A stretch of 64,000 nucleotides of DNA, taken from Anolis carolinensis. Lineage: Eukaryota. Numbering within the stretch: position 1 is the stretch's first letter; each line of letters opens with the position of its first letter. The DNA lies in NCBI RefSeq assembly GCF_035594765.1, contig NC_085845.1, positions 167,478,897 to 167,542,896 on the forward strand. The letters run 5' to 3'. Both the position numbers and the translations under genes were made by a program. Positions 1 through 10,579 of the stretch are shown one piece after another. Under the pieces are notes generated by a model. The model searched no databases. It was not told the origin of the DNA and saw nothing but the letters and a program-made list of their open reading frames with translations.

Positions 1-26
1 TTAGGGGAGAACCTTTACCTTTACCT
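1..26 (+). mobile_element. 3' tail of a Sauria SINE
   Basis: ggggagaacctttacctttacc tail, as in the copies at 3.4 kb and 53.6 kb. Confidence 0.7.
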
Positions 27-79
27 AATTTCCTTAACATTGAATATACTATTATTTTAGCACCAAACAATGTGGGAAT

Positions 80-305
80 AGGGTTGTTGTATGTTTTCCG
101 GGCTGTATGGCCATCTATGGCAGGCATCCTCAGAGGTTGTGAGGTATGGAGAAACTAAGCAAGGAGAAACTACCTCACAACCTCTGAGAATGCCTGCCAT
201 AGATGCGGGTGAAACGTCAGTAGAGAATACTTCTGGAACATGGCCATACAGCCCGGAAAACATATAACAACCCTGTGATCCCAGCCATGAAAGCCTTCGA
301 CAACA
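80..305. mobile_element. Penelope-like element terminal-repeat fragments in inverted arrangement
   Basis: Same sequence family as 17190-17516, 41206-41651 and 51110-51345; contains a hammerhead-like motif. Confidence 0.75.
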
Positions 306-424
306 TAATGTGGGAATACTTTATCCATGTTGGTAATATTCATATGCTTTTCAGAAGATTGAATACAGTGCTAAAGGTTTCTCTCTGTTCCTCTAATATA
401 TCTCTTGGTTGCTCATTCCCGTAG

Positions 425-1940
425 TCCGCAATGTAGCCTATGATGGAAAGGCATATGAGTCCAGCTCCTTCAATTCACTATCAGTCCCTGAACATGCTAT
501 CGATGGTTCTACAGCTGCAAATTATTTACGTGGGCATTGCACCCACACAAAGCTAGAAGTTAATCCATGGTGGATGGTGGACTTGAGGGCCAGATTTCGA
601 GTACTCAGTGTTGTTGTCACCAACAGAGGAGATTGCTGTGAGGAGCGGTTAGACGGTGCTGTAATCCTAATTGGAGACTCGAAAGATAGAGGAGGCATTA
701 CAAATCCCAGGTACCACTATATTGCTAAATGGGATGTATAGTGTATTCCTTTGAATGACAGTAGAGAATTCTAAGGGCACTTAGTAAACTACATTTTCTG
801 GGTTTCATATGATAGAACCATGACAGTTAAAAATGAAACCAGACTGCTATTGTGTCATGCATGTTGGTTATTATGCCAGATCCCAATGAAAATATTTTGA
901 GGATGGGAGGGGGGACAGCTTCCATTCACAAAATCATAGGTAGCCAGACTAAAATCAGTTTGACCATTTTAGTAGTCACTAGTCACAAGTACACTTTCAC
1001 AAGGCCTTGAAAAAAATCAATCCCCTTCAACATGTCATTGCAACACTAATCAATATGATCTGTTCTGCTTTCAAGATGTGCCACAATTACCTCACTCCGT
1101 ATGGGTGAAACTCACAAATTTGAGTGTAATGAAATGCCCGGACAATATGTGACTATCACCATCCCAGATAGAAGCAATTATCTCTCTGTGTGTGAAGTAC
1201 AAGTCTTTGGGGAGCGCATCATTCCCCCAGGTATGTAGATAGATTTTTCAATTAATTTCCAAGTTGAAACTTTTCCTGTTGAGTGGTTTACACACAGTGT
1301 TTTGCTCCTTGTAGTACCCAATGTGGCTCTTAAAGGGAAGGCCTTCCAGTCCAGCCTCTACCACAAACTAGGTTTGGCAGAACATGCCATCGATGGATCT
1401 ACTGCAGTTGATTATTATCGCCAGTCCTGCACTCACACAGAACTTGAAATGAATCCTTGGTGGATGGTGGATCTGGAGGCAGAATTTAGTGTGGCAAGTG
1501 TTAGTATCAGTAATCGGGAAGACTGCTGTGCAGATCGATTAAATGGAGCTCAAATCCTGATTGGAAACTCAGTGGAGAATGGAGGTTTGAAGAATCCCAG
1601 GTATTTGTTGGCTTGGTACTTCAGAAATTAAAATGAAATGGAAAGGATAAACAAATGCCCACTTATTTACTGACATGAGCAGCAATCATGATTGGTTTTT
1701 TCTTCTTGATTTGCATGTTTTCATTTTTTAGTAGAAAATAAGCTGCTGTCAATCACTTGATTAATACTCTGAACTTATTTATTTCAAGGTGCGCGGTGAT
1801 CACTGCAATTGGTGCTGGAGAAACTGAAAATTTTGATTGCAAAGGAATGAAGGGGCGATATGTTACAGTGACTATCCCCAGTGTTCAGTATCTCACTCTG
1901 TGTGAAGTTCAAGTGTTTGGCGTCAGGGTTGATTCCTCTG
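425..1940 (+). CDS. F-type lectin (fucolectin-like) gene, 5'-partial; two tandem FTLDs from exons 425-710, 1076-1230, 1315-1600, 1789-1940
   Basis: GT-AG exons with compatible phases (1/2/1/2/1) and a repeated 286-nt + ~155-nt exon pair. Both domains have NVA, AIDG (Ca-binding), NPWW.VDL and C-terminal CEVQVFG. The fucose motif H-x26-R-x-D-x4-R is intact in both (H...RGDCCEER; H...REDCCADR). The first exon starts in phase 1, so upstream exons lie outside the window. Confidence 0.95.
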
Positions 1941-2065
1941 GTGAGTAGAGAGATGGTTTAGTTTTTAAGTCTGATGCGCAGCTGCTCTTTATTGGCTGGT
2001 TATATAGGCAGGGTACAACACAGTCAAAACATACCAACATAAAATATATACAACAAGATACATAT

Positions 2066-2545
2066 GGGGCCAGTCTGTAGCGCAGGCTGGTAAGCAGCTG
2101 CTGCAATAAATAACTCTGACCATGAAGTCATGAGTTCGAGGCCTGCCCGTGGTGGGGTGAGCACCCGTCAATTAAAAATAAAACATAGCCCCTGCTCATT
2201 GCTGACCTAGCAACCCGAAAGATAGTTGCATCTATCAAGTAGGAAATAAGGTACCACTTATAAAAAGTGGGGAGGCAAGTTTAACTAATTTACAACATTG
2301 GAATGAGGAAGTGGGGAAGTGCCATCAGAGTGGCTGATGAAGCAGCTGCTTCCCCCTGTGGCCAGAATCGAACATCCCCTCAGGAGAAAGTTTAATTGCC
2401 TCTGCGTCTGTCTGTTGTCTCTGTTCGATGTGTTTATGGGCATTGAATGTTTGCCTTATATGTACATAATGTGATCCGCCCTGAGTCCCCTTTGGGGTGA
2501 GAAGGGCGGAATATAAATACTGTAAATAAATATAAATACTGTAAA
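2066..2545 (+). mobile_element. tRNA-headed SINE with an L2-like 3' tail
   Basis: A/B-box-like head (tagcgcaggctgg ... gagttcgagg) and tail ccgccctgagtcccc...gggcggaatataaat. Confidence 0.6.
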
Positions 2546-2857
2546 TATATCAGAACATACCACTATAAAATACATACACTAAAACACATGGTACAAAGAT
2601 CAAAATACAGTGGCAATACAATGCAAATCCAAAACTCATCTTTCAAAGTTGACTGGGTAGGCCTGCCAGAAGTTTAGCCTTGTTGCAGAATCTTTGCAAC
2701 AAGCCTTGAGGAATCTTTGGATATACAAAATCTATTGTATTGAGGTCTGGATTCCTTCAGCATCTTTGCCTTGTCAGTTGAGGAAGTTCAACGTTGTCAG
2801 GATGTGGCAATCATCATACTGGATGTATATAATATCTCCACCTCTTTAACTTCACAG

Positions 2858-2914
2858 AAACCTAAGATGTCTTAGAGTCTTCTAAGACTCAGAAGAAGGA
2901 AGCATCAAATCCAA
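2858..2914 (+). CDS. Candidate linker/terminal exon of the lectin gene; acceptor 2858 gives E-T-stop, acceptor 2867 gives open DVLESSKTQKKEASNP
   Basis: Pyrimidine tract plus cag at 2855-2857 and a strong donor CAA|gtaagt at 2914/2915. Phase 1-1 symmetric. The only in-frame stop is TAA at 2863-2865. Confidence 0.55.
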
Positions 2915-3149
2915 GTAAGTCATTTTCTCTTTAAATAACTATATGCATGTTATGACTTATTTATACTCACTTTTTGTTAAGACTGACTTTGGATTTTTTT
3001 TGAGACTGAACTAGGGTGGAATTCAGGATGTTGTCAATTGGGAATATGTGTCAACTTTTAGGGAAAATGTTTCTGAAATCTGCATTATCAGTGCTGCCCT
3101 TGCACACCATTATTATCCATATAATGGAGGATTACACATTATACAGCAG

Positions 3150-3429
3150 CAGCCCCCAATGGCACAGCAGATTAAACTGCTGAGATGCCGAACTTGTTGA
3201 CCGAAAGGTCAGCGCTTTGAATCTGGGGAATGGGGTGAGCTCTTACTGTTAGCCCCAGCTTCTGCCAACCTAGAAGTTCAAAACATGCCAATGTGAGTAG
3301 ATCAATAGGTATTGCTTGGAGGAGTCTATGGAAAACGCCAGCTTTTCAGCTTAGAAATGGATATGAGTACCACACCTCAGAGTCGGACATGACTAAACTT
3401 AATGTCAGGGGAAAACCTTTACCTTTACT
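3150..3429 (+). mobile_element. Sauria SINE, internally deleted
   Basis: Matches the 53280-53609 copy; acctttaccttta tail. Confidence 0.8.
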
Positions 3430-3839
3430 TTACGTTACCCAGTCCATCATGAAATATGACCATTTGTATCTATTTTCCCTGTCCTACTCATACAATATTA
3501 ACAAGAAGTTCATAGGTAACTGAAATCCAAATGTGACACAATGTTGATTTTAATTAGTGAATGTGTTTGAGAGAGGAGGAGGATAATGTAACATTTGGGG
3601 TTGAGAGATAAAACTTGGGGGTGCAGTAGAACATGGCCCTTGCTGTAGTTCTGACCAAAAAAAATCTAATTTTTAATGGATATTGGGTATACCTCAATGG
3701 CATTAGGTATACACTCAGAAAGGAAAGACTGTATCTATTAAAAGAGCAGTATGAAAGGGCCAGCCAGAATTCAGTGAGAATGTATATTCAATTGTATAAT
3801 TGGTTCTGTTTTATAATCAGTTCTTTTCTTCCTTTCTAG

Positions 3840-3883
3840 ATCACTTTGGCAAGGTTTTTGTTTTCTCAGCAAAACAAAAATAC
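3840..3883 (+). CDS. Candidate small exon after a strong acceptor (NHFGK[VFVFSAKQKY]); possibly the start of a decayed pentraxin-domain exon
   Basis: Acceptor ttcttttcttcctttctag. In frame with the phase-1 donor at 2914. Weak donors at 3853 (AAG|gttttt) and 3883 (TAC|gtaacc), both phase 0. Confidence 0.35.
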
Positions 3884-4303
3884 GTAACCTATGTTGTATT
3901 CCACTCCTGTATCACACAATGGTCCTCTCCTGTTAAACAGCCATTTTCAAAAATACTCTGTGATTGGGACTCTTCCCTATCACACCTTGAGAATCTTTCC
4001 AACATTCCAACACACATATCCTCCTGAAATATAAATGAAAACAATTTTACCTTTAAAAATACCCCTTTCCTCCCCTGGGCGGCAGACAGGTTCCTGATCA
4101 GAATAGATTATAATTTCCTGAATGTAACTGGCAGAGAAAAGTGATCAATAGCTACTGATCTATTTGATCTCTCCCTTGACTTCATGTAGCAGCAATTACT
4201 TAGCATGTCTGAAGGAGGAAAGAGCAAGTAAGGGGGAGGGGGTTAATGAAATAAATGCTTTCTTGAAACTGTAAAGACTTTGTTGCTTTTTTCCTTTTAC
4301 ATA

Positions 4304-4609
4304 CAGTAGTCTCGCTTATCCAACGTAAACGGGCCGGCAGAACGTTGGATAAGCAAATATGTTGGATAATAAGGAGGGATTAAGGAAAAGCCTGTTAAAC
4401 ATTAAATTAGGTTATGATTTTACAAATTAAGCACCAAAACATCATGTTATACAACAAATTTGACAGAAAAGGTAGTTCAATACGCAGTAATGCTATGTAG
4501 TAAATACTGTATTTACGAATTTAGCACCAAAATATCATGATATATTGAAAACATTGACTACAAAAATGCGTTGGATAACCCAGAACGTTGGATAAGTGAG
4601 ACTCTACTG
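4304..4609. mobile_element. Tc1/mariner-type MITE
   Basis: TA target duplication, TIRs CAGTAG..TCTC.CTTATCCAA; a second copy lies at 37279-37599. Confidence 0.85.
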
Positions 4610-5405
4610 TATCAAGTATGTATGTGAGAGTGAAAATGAGGGTGTTGTCATACTACAACTTCATAGCAGTGTTGCAACAGAGAGACCCCAGAATGGGATT
4701 TGAAAAGGAGGCGGGGTTGAGGGACAGTGAGCAGTTTTGGTTTCTGTGCTAAGCCCCTGTTTGTGGGTGGAGAGTAGTTATTTAGCAAATGATGTTTTCT
4801 CTATAGAGAAAAAAAGAGTTAAAATGTGTCTTGCAGTTACTTTATCAATAGTAAGGCAATCACCTGTAGAAACAAGGGGCAGAATCATAATAATAATAAT
4901 AATAATAACAACAACAACTTTATTTTTATACCACGCCTCTATCTCCCCAAAGGGGACTCAGGGCGGCTTACATGGGGCCAAGCCCGAATAAAAACAATAG
5001 CAATATAAAACACAACAATAGACAAAAGACATGCACAATTATAAAAATTTAAACATTAGCCATTAAAAACAAATGACAAGAACTAATAAAAATATGGATT
5101 AAAACAGAGAGGTTGTAAAAGTAGACTGGGTAAGGTGCACCATATAAATATTGTAAACACGAGGTGACTGATAAAGTGCTGCAAATTCTTGGAAGTGCAA
5201 ATTGGGATGAGAATAGACCCTGTGTCTTTATCAAGCTGACATAGGTAAAAAGTGCAAACCGGTACAGGAATGGTCACAGACAGGGGTATGATGTTCTCTG
5301 GGTCTCCCTGTTTCCCAGCCCTCACAATATTTACAATATTATGCCTCGTATCAAGAGTGTATCCAAATTGATTGAAATATCCCAGATTTTGTACCTAAAT
5401 CAACC

Positions 5406-5425
5406 CAGGAAGCTGGTATAAAAAG
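5406..5425 (+). promoter_or_regulatory. Possible TATA box (TATAAAAAG, 5417-5425) with an adjacent ETS-like CAGGAAG; candidate independent APOLD1-like promoter
   Basis: Motif match only, about 1.5 kb upstream of the APOLD1-like acceptor. Confidence 0.2.
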
Positions 5426-5544
5426 TCTCTGATCGTAGCAGGAGCTGACAGAAAATATTCTGAAGGTGCCTCAGCACAGTAGAATTAATGCAGTTTGATA
5501 TCATTTTAACTGCCATGGATAAATGCTATGGAATTAGGTGAATA

Positions 5545-5973
5545 CCCTGTTTCCCCAAAAATAAGACATCCCCGAAAAATAAGACCTAGTAGAAGTTTTG
5601 CTGAATTGCTAAATATAAGGCCTCCCCTGAAAGTAAGACCTAGAAAAGTTTTTGTTTGGAAGCATGCCTAGCGCCTGCCAAACAATACACCAGAGCATGC
5701 AGGATTGGTAAATATACATACCAGTTGTACATGGAAATAATGGTGGTAACAAGAAATTATTGACAGGATTCACAGTTTGTCTGGTTATGTTGGTTTGTAA
5801 TGACAACTACTGTACAGTATATAATAAATGTTCATTTCTTGTTCAACAATAAATGTGAATTCTTCTTCATAGAAAAATAAGACATCCCCTGAAAATAAGA
5901 CCTAGCACATCTTTAACCATCTTTGGGAGCAAAAATTAATATAAGACACTGTCTTATTTTTGGGGAAACACGG
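5545..5973. mobile_element. Tc1/mariner (pogo/Tigger-like) MITE, nested in an older repeat
   Basis: TA TSD, TIRs CC.TGTTTCCCC.AAAATAAGACA; copies at 37866-38098 and 60411-60825. Confidence 0.85.
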
Positions 5974-6600
5974 TATTAGTTTGATGAGGCACCAGCTCAG
6001 AGCTCTCCATTTTATACTAGGTATGGTAGCCCTAAGCAGCACCACCTTCCAATTTACCCCATGAAGAAGTCAGGTCACCTTTTCTCATAAGTGGGCAGCT
6101 CTGACATCATGCATGATAACTGGGATCCTTAAGTCACAATGGCTTTCCCTTTTTAAGTCAAAGTAAAATGGGGCTTTGTGGGAAGTTACTGGCACAGGAC
6201 ATGATCAACAGTAATCCTGAAGCTGAACCTGGACATTTGAATTCCTGCTTCCATTGGGTGGCCTGAAACTGGATTTCTGGGATGAATCGGAGAAGGGGAA
6301 ATTCTAATGACCTTACTTATCTGATAGATGAGGTAAATATATACACACACTGCACATGGAAATCAGCTACCTTCTAAACATCCCCCAACTACATAAACAG
6401 TGCAAGTGACTATCGACGGGAGCTACAGGAGTTACTAGTACAGTTTTCCATTAGCAGGTAGTCTTTGGGACCAGTTCCAGGAGAGCCATTCTCTTCATTC
6501 GTTATATTATTGTTATATCCTACTTTTCTCTCAACGTGAGACCTAAGGCAGTTCACACCATAAATTAGAACAAAGTACAGCTGAAACATAAACCAGTTTA

Positions 6601-6753
6601 AGGCCCCTTCCACACAGCTGGATAAAAATCCCACATTTTCTGCTTTGAACTGGGATATATGGCAGTGTGAACTCACATAACCCAGTTCAAAGCAAATATT
6701 GTGGGATTTTCTGCTTTGATATTCTGGGTTATATGGCTGTGTGGAAGGGCCCT
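6601..6753. mobile_element. Palindromic MITE (Harbinger-like)
   Basis: TIR aggccccttccacacagc / gctgtgtggaagggccct, TTA/TAA flanks, internal inverted symmetry. Confidence 0.65.
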
Positions 6754-6948
6754 TAAAGCATTTAAATCATAGCTATTAGAATAAAAGTACAGCAAGCACA
6801 CAGGCGCATGAAAAGAGCCTTCGGTGCTGCTTAGAGTGGTGATAATCTTATCTAGCTACATGATTATAAACTGTAGAAGTGCTATTGATATCCCTCTTTG
6901 CCAGACCACACCACTTCTTTTCTAAATGGTCTTCTTTTCTTCTACAAG

Positions 6949-7662
6949 GTTATGGACAGCATTATTTGTCCCCACAGTGTGGATCCTACAGAACACTTCT
7001 ATGTCATGCTGCTGGGCCAGAGAAACCAGCTACAGAACCAAATTACGAACCTTCACAAGATCTCCCAGAGGATCAAGAAACGATACAAAAACTTTGTGAA
7101 CTTCAATATCACTGGGAGCACGATAAATGTGGCAGGAAGCCTCGCAGCCCTTGTGGGACTGTCCTTAAGCCCTTTTACTCTAGGGTCCTCTCTTTTGGCT
7201 GGTGTGGGGTTAGGGCTCACAGCAGCAGCAGGAACTTTCACAATATCTTCCAACATCTACACGGAGTGTTCTAATACCAGAGAAGTGGCAAGAGTGAAGG
7301 AGATTGCAGTGACTTGCCACAGTCTGATGCGGGAGATAATGAACTGCCTTGACTTCTTACTCCGGAGTCATGAACCATCAGACCCTATTCTACTGCAAGC
7401 TGAGAAAAAGGCTTGTAACGCTTTGTATTCTTCTGCCCTCTGTGTCTCTCAAAAAAGTTTTCTGGTCCCAGAGTTCACAAAAAAGTACACCAAAGAAAGC
7501 AAAACTGTACTGGAGGCAATAGTCCAAGAGCTGACAAAAAGCCTCAAAGCCTGTGAAAGACCTATGGATGAGATTTGTGAACTTCTAGAGAGCAGAAAAG
7601 AATGTCCACTGAAGATCAGTCAACTAACTCCTTGGGATTTCTGCATTCATTCTCCTGTGTAG
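6949..7662 (+). CDS. Apolipoprotein L domain-containing protein 1-like (APOLD1-like), main coding exon; ATG at 6952, 236 aa
   Basis: Clear similarity to APOLD1 (GSLAALVGLSLSPFTLGSSLL, REVARVKEIAVTC..MREI.NCL.F, LESR). Phase-0 acceptor cttcttttcttctacaag at 6948. Lies directly upstream of DDX47 on the same strand, as APOLD1 does in human. Divergent, so ortholog versus paralog is unresolved. Confidence 0.9.
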   Translation, partial: VMDSIICPHSVDPTEHFYVMLLGQRNQLQNQITNLHKISQRIKKRYKNFVNFNITGSTINVAGSLAALVGLSLSPFTLGSSLLAGVGLGLTAAAGTFTISSNIYTECSNTREVARVKEIAVTCHSLMREIMNCLDFLLRSHEPSDPILLQAEKKACNALYSSALCVSQKSFLVPEFTKKYTKESKTVLEAIVQELTKSLKACERPMDEICELLESRKECPLKISQLTPWDFCIHSPV

Positions 7663-8929
7663 TAGCATAGTTTCCTTTGCAAAAGACTTGAGGTTTCCTT
7701 GAAAAATAATGCCTGGGTCTAAGAGAGCTGATAATGTTGTGTTGTTGTTTGTTGTTACTAGGTCTCTTTTGGTGTGGTTTAATTAGAAAAAATATTTACA
7801 TTACCCAGCTAGCAGAAAAAAAAATGCTGATACAGAATTGTGTCTGGTGACAATAGCATACTTTTTGTCCATTTATATAAATGTTTTAGTTTTCAGTAAG
7901 CAGTTGGGTTTCTTTCATGAGCTTCTATTGGGCCCCAACCAACCATAGGGTAGGCCATAAGGAATGTTGACCAGACTTCGGAGGAGTGACTTTAGTGGGC
8001 CACAGCTTCCCAAACCTGCAACCAGCATGGTCAGAATCTTTAGGATTCTTCACATTGCAGTCCAAAAAAGTTGCTTTTCCAAGCACAGACATCATGTCAT
8101 GGATTACAGGATACCAGATAGAAGCATGTGGAGTTACATGTAGAGAATGCTGCAGTTTATGCCTTTATAAGATAGCATTAATTAATGATGTCCACTAAAC
8201 CAGCCAACCATTTTAATACATAAGTGTGCATTAAACAGGCCAAATGGATATGCTGGCAAGAAAATCATGACACCGAGTTTGTATCTGCCAAATCTTCTCA
8301 TAATGCTATTTGAGAAGAAAAGGAAAACGCAGGACAAATTCCCTCTATTCTCAGCGGCTTGACAGCAAGTGTTTCTTGCACAAAAGTTAAGGTAAACTGG
8401 AATCAAAAGTCCGTTGAAGGTTGTCACATTGGTGGTTGGGAACAGGGTAATAGGAGAAGTCTGCCGTTCTGCATGTCTTGCGGTCCTAAATAGCAGCAAC
8501 AAAAATGAAATATTTACCTGCTTACATATCTGGTCCCATGACAATATCATATATAACACAATGCAGTAGCTAACAATAATTTAGGATTGATTTGTAGCTT
8601 CACAACAGTAAGGACTCTAGGTTGGTCAATGTGTGCTATCTCAGATACACTTGTTGGCACCTGTGAAAGAAAATACTTTCACACTCTTGAACACTTCACA
8701 AATGTGGCCTGAGTATAGTCTGAGTATAGTCCACATCAGGAGTGTCAAACTATTTTAATTGAGGACCACGTCCACCTTATGGTTGCATTCAAAGGGCCAT
8801 TGAATCCATGGATGGAGAATCTGTGGATACAGGGGGCGAACTGTAATTCTTTTACATCATGGACTGTGCTATTTAGTTTCTCTCCAGTTTGGGTTCCCAG
8901 ATGGTACTGAACGACAAGTCCCATCACTT

Positions 8930-9404
8930 AAAATTTTTTTTTTATTATTATCAGAATATACAATTAAAATTTTTCCAAAAATGAGACAGTAAAGAACCAA
9001 TTTCTATGATGGGAATGTACATGGTATTTTGAAAAAAACATATGCATATGTTTAACATCTTATTACAACTTATACATACCATCATTAAGCATATTCACTT
9101 TTTTATACTCTAATCTAAAATAACAATGAACATAACAATAACCTGCCATTCATCTAGTTTTCAATTTTCCCTTCTTTAAAAATATTATGCTTATCGTTCT
9201 ATTACAATATTCTATCCATTTACATATATTCTATTTTATTGTTATTCCCATACGCCTTTTTTGTGCCACCTTCACCTTCAACACATCTTATTTAATTTTC
9301 CTAAAATTTCCTTGTTTCTGTAGCAGGTTTCTCCCCCTTTCCTTCAATCAATATATTCAATAAACTTACCCCATATGTGGAATCTGTTTGTTTCCACGTG
9401 TTTT
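8930..9404 (-). mobile_element. L1-like LINE 3' end fragment
   Basis: Poly-T end, degenerate IWGKFIEY-like C-terminus, 9-bp TSD ccatcactt. Confidence 0.6.
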
Positions 9405-10315
9405 CCATCACTTTTGATTCTGGGGATAATGGGAATTGCAGCCCAACAGCAATTGTAGCTCTGAGGTTGGGGAAAGGCTGAAGGACATTTCAAAGTCAGG
9501 TATCATATCCACAAGCCTTGTATCAAATCCCACTTTCCCTGGCATGGGCAACCTTCGGCCCTCCAGATGTTTTGGATGTCAATTCCAGGAAGAGAACATA
9601 ATGTCCAGCCAAAGAGAGGCACCTGAGGGTGGTCTTCGCAAGAGAGATGATGGGCAAGGGGAGGAAGCGGGAAGCCAAATCATCATCCACTGACTCTGCC
9701 AACCTGACCCGCAGGATCAACGTGATACAGGAGTTGCTGAAGTCCATCCTGGTCTTCCATCTGATGTCCCCAAACCTCCCCAGAAGGAACGCCTCTCCAG
9801 ACAGGAAACCAGCTGGAGGTGTGATGGAGCCCTTGTTAGGGGAAACTACCCTAAAATATAGCAGAGCATCCAAAAACCAAACAGGATACAAAAAGTTGAG
9901 TATTCAGCTCCTTAGCCAGCAAAGTATGAAGTGCCCTGTGATGTGGCTGTAAAGAATTCAGAGCTTAGGCAGGCCAAAGTGCAGAGTCCAATTTTAAAAA
10001 TCACAAAAGGTTTATTTAAATAATAAAAAATAACTGCATTTCTCAATAATCAAGAACTGGGTCTGAGCTACTCTAACACCCAACTCTTCTAAGGTTTCAA
10101 GAGAGGGAAAAATCATCCATCACTACATCTCTCAGACACACATGCAGAGAGAGATCCCTCAAAGCACAACGCTCATTCTCTCCATACTAAGATGTAAGAA
10201 GCAGAAGTCAAACTAAAGGCTGGCAGTAGAAAAGTATCCCTTCTACACAACCAATCAGAATGAGAGCAGAAATAGAGAGGAAAGAAGAAATAGATACATT
10301 TCCAACTGTCACACC

Positions 10316-10579
10316 GGAGTCCCCGGTGGCACAATGGGTCAAACCCTTGTGCCAGCAGGACTGCTGTCTGACAGGTTCGTGGTTGAATCCGGGAGAGCGG
10401 GTGAGCTCCCGTCTGTCAGCTTTTCAGCTCCCCATGCAGGGACATGAGAGAAGCCTCCCACAGGATGGTAAAACATCAAAACATCCAGGCGTCCCTGGGG
10501 CAACGTCCTTGCAGACGGTCAATTCTCTCACTCTAGAAGTGACTTCCAGTTTCTCAAGTCGCCCCGATACGAAAAAAAA
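10316..10579 (+). mobile_element. Sauria-type SINE, A-tailed subfamily
   Basis: tRNA-like head, A tail; homologous to 31847-32090 and 49444-49725. Confidence 0.8.

Noticed and set aside
3117-3127. CArG-like CCATATAATGG
   Set aside because: It has seven A/T bases rather than the canonical six and no promoter context.
6879-7274. 131-aa overlapping ORF, the frame reached by a direct 2914>6949 splice
   Set aside because: Alternative frame of the APOLD1-like exon with no recognisable similarity; a direct splice would be out of the ApoL frame.
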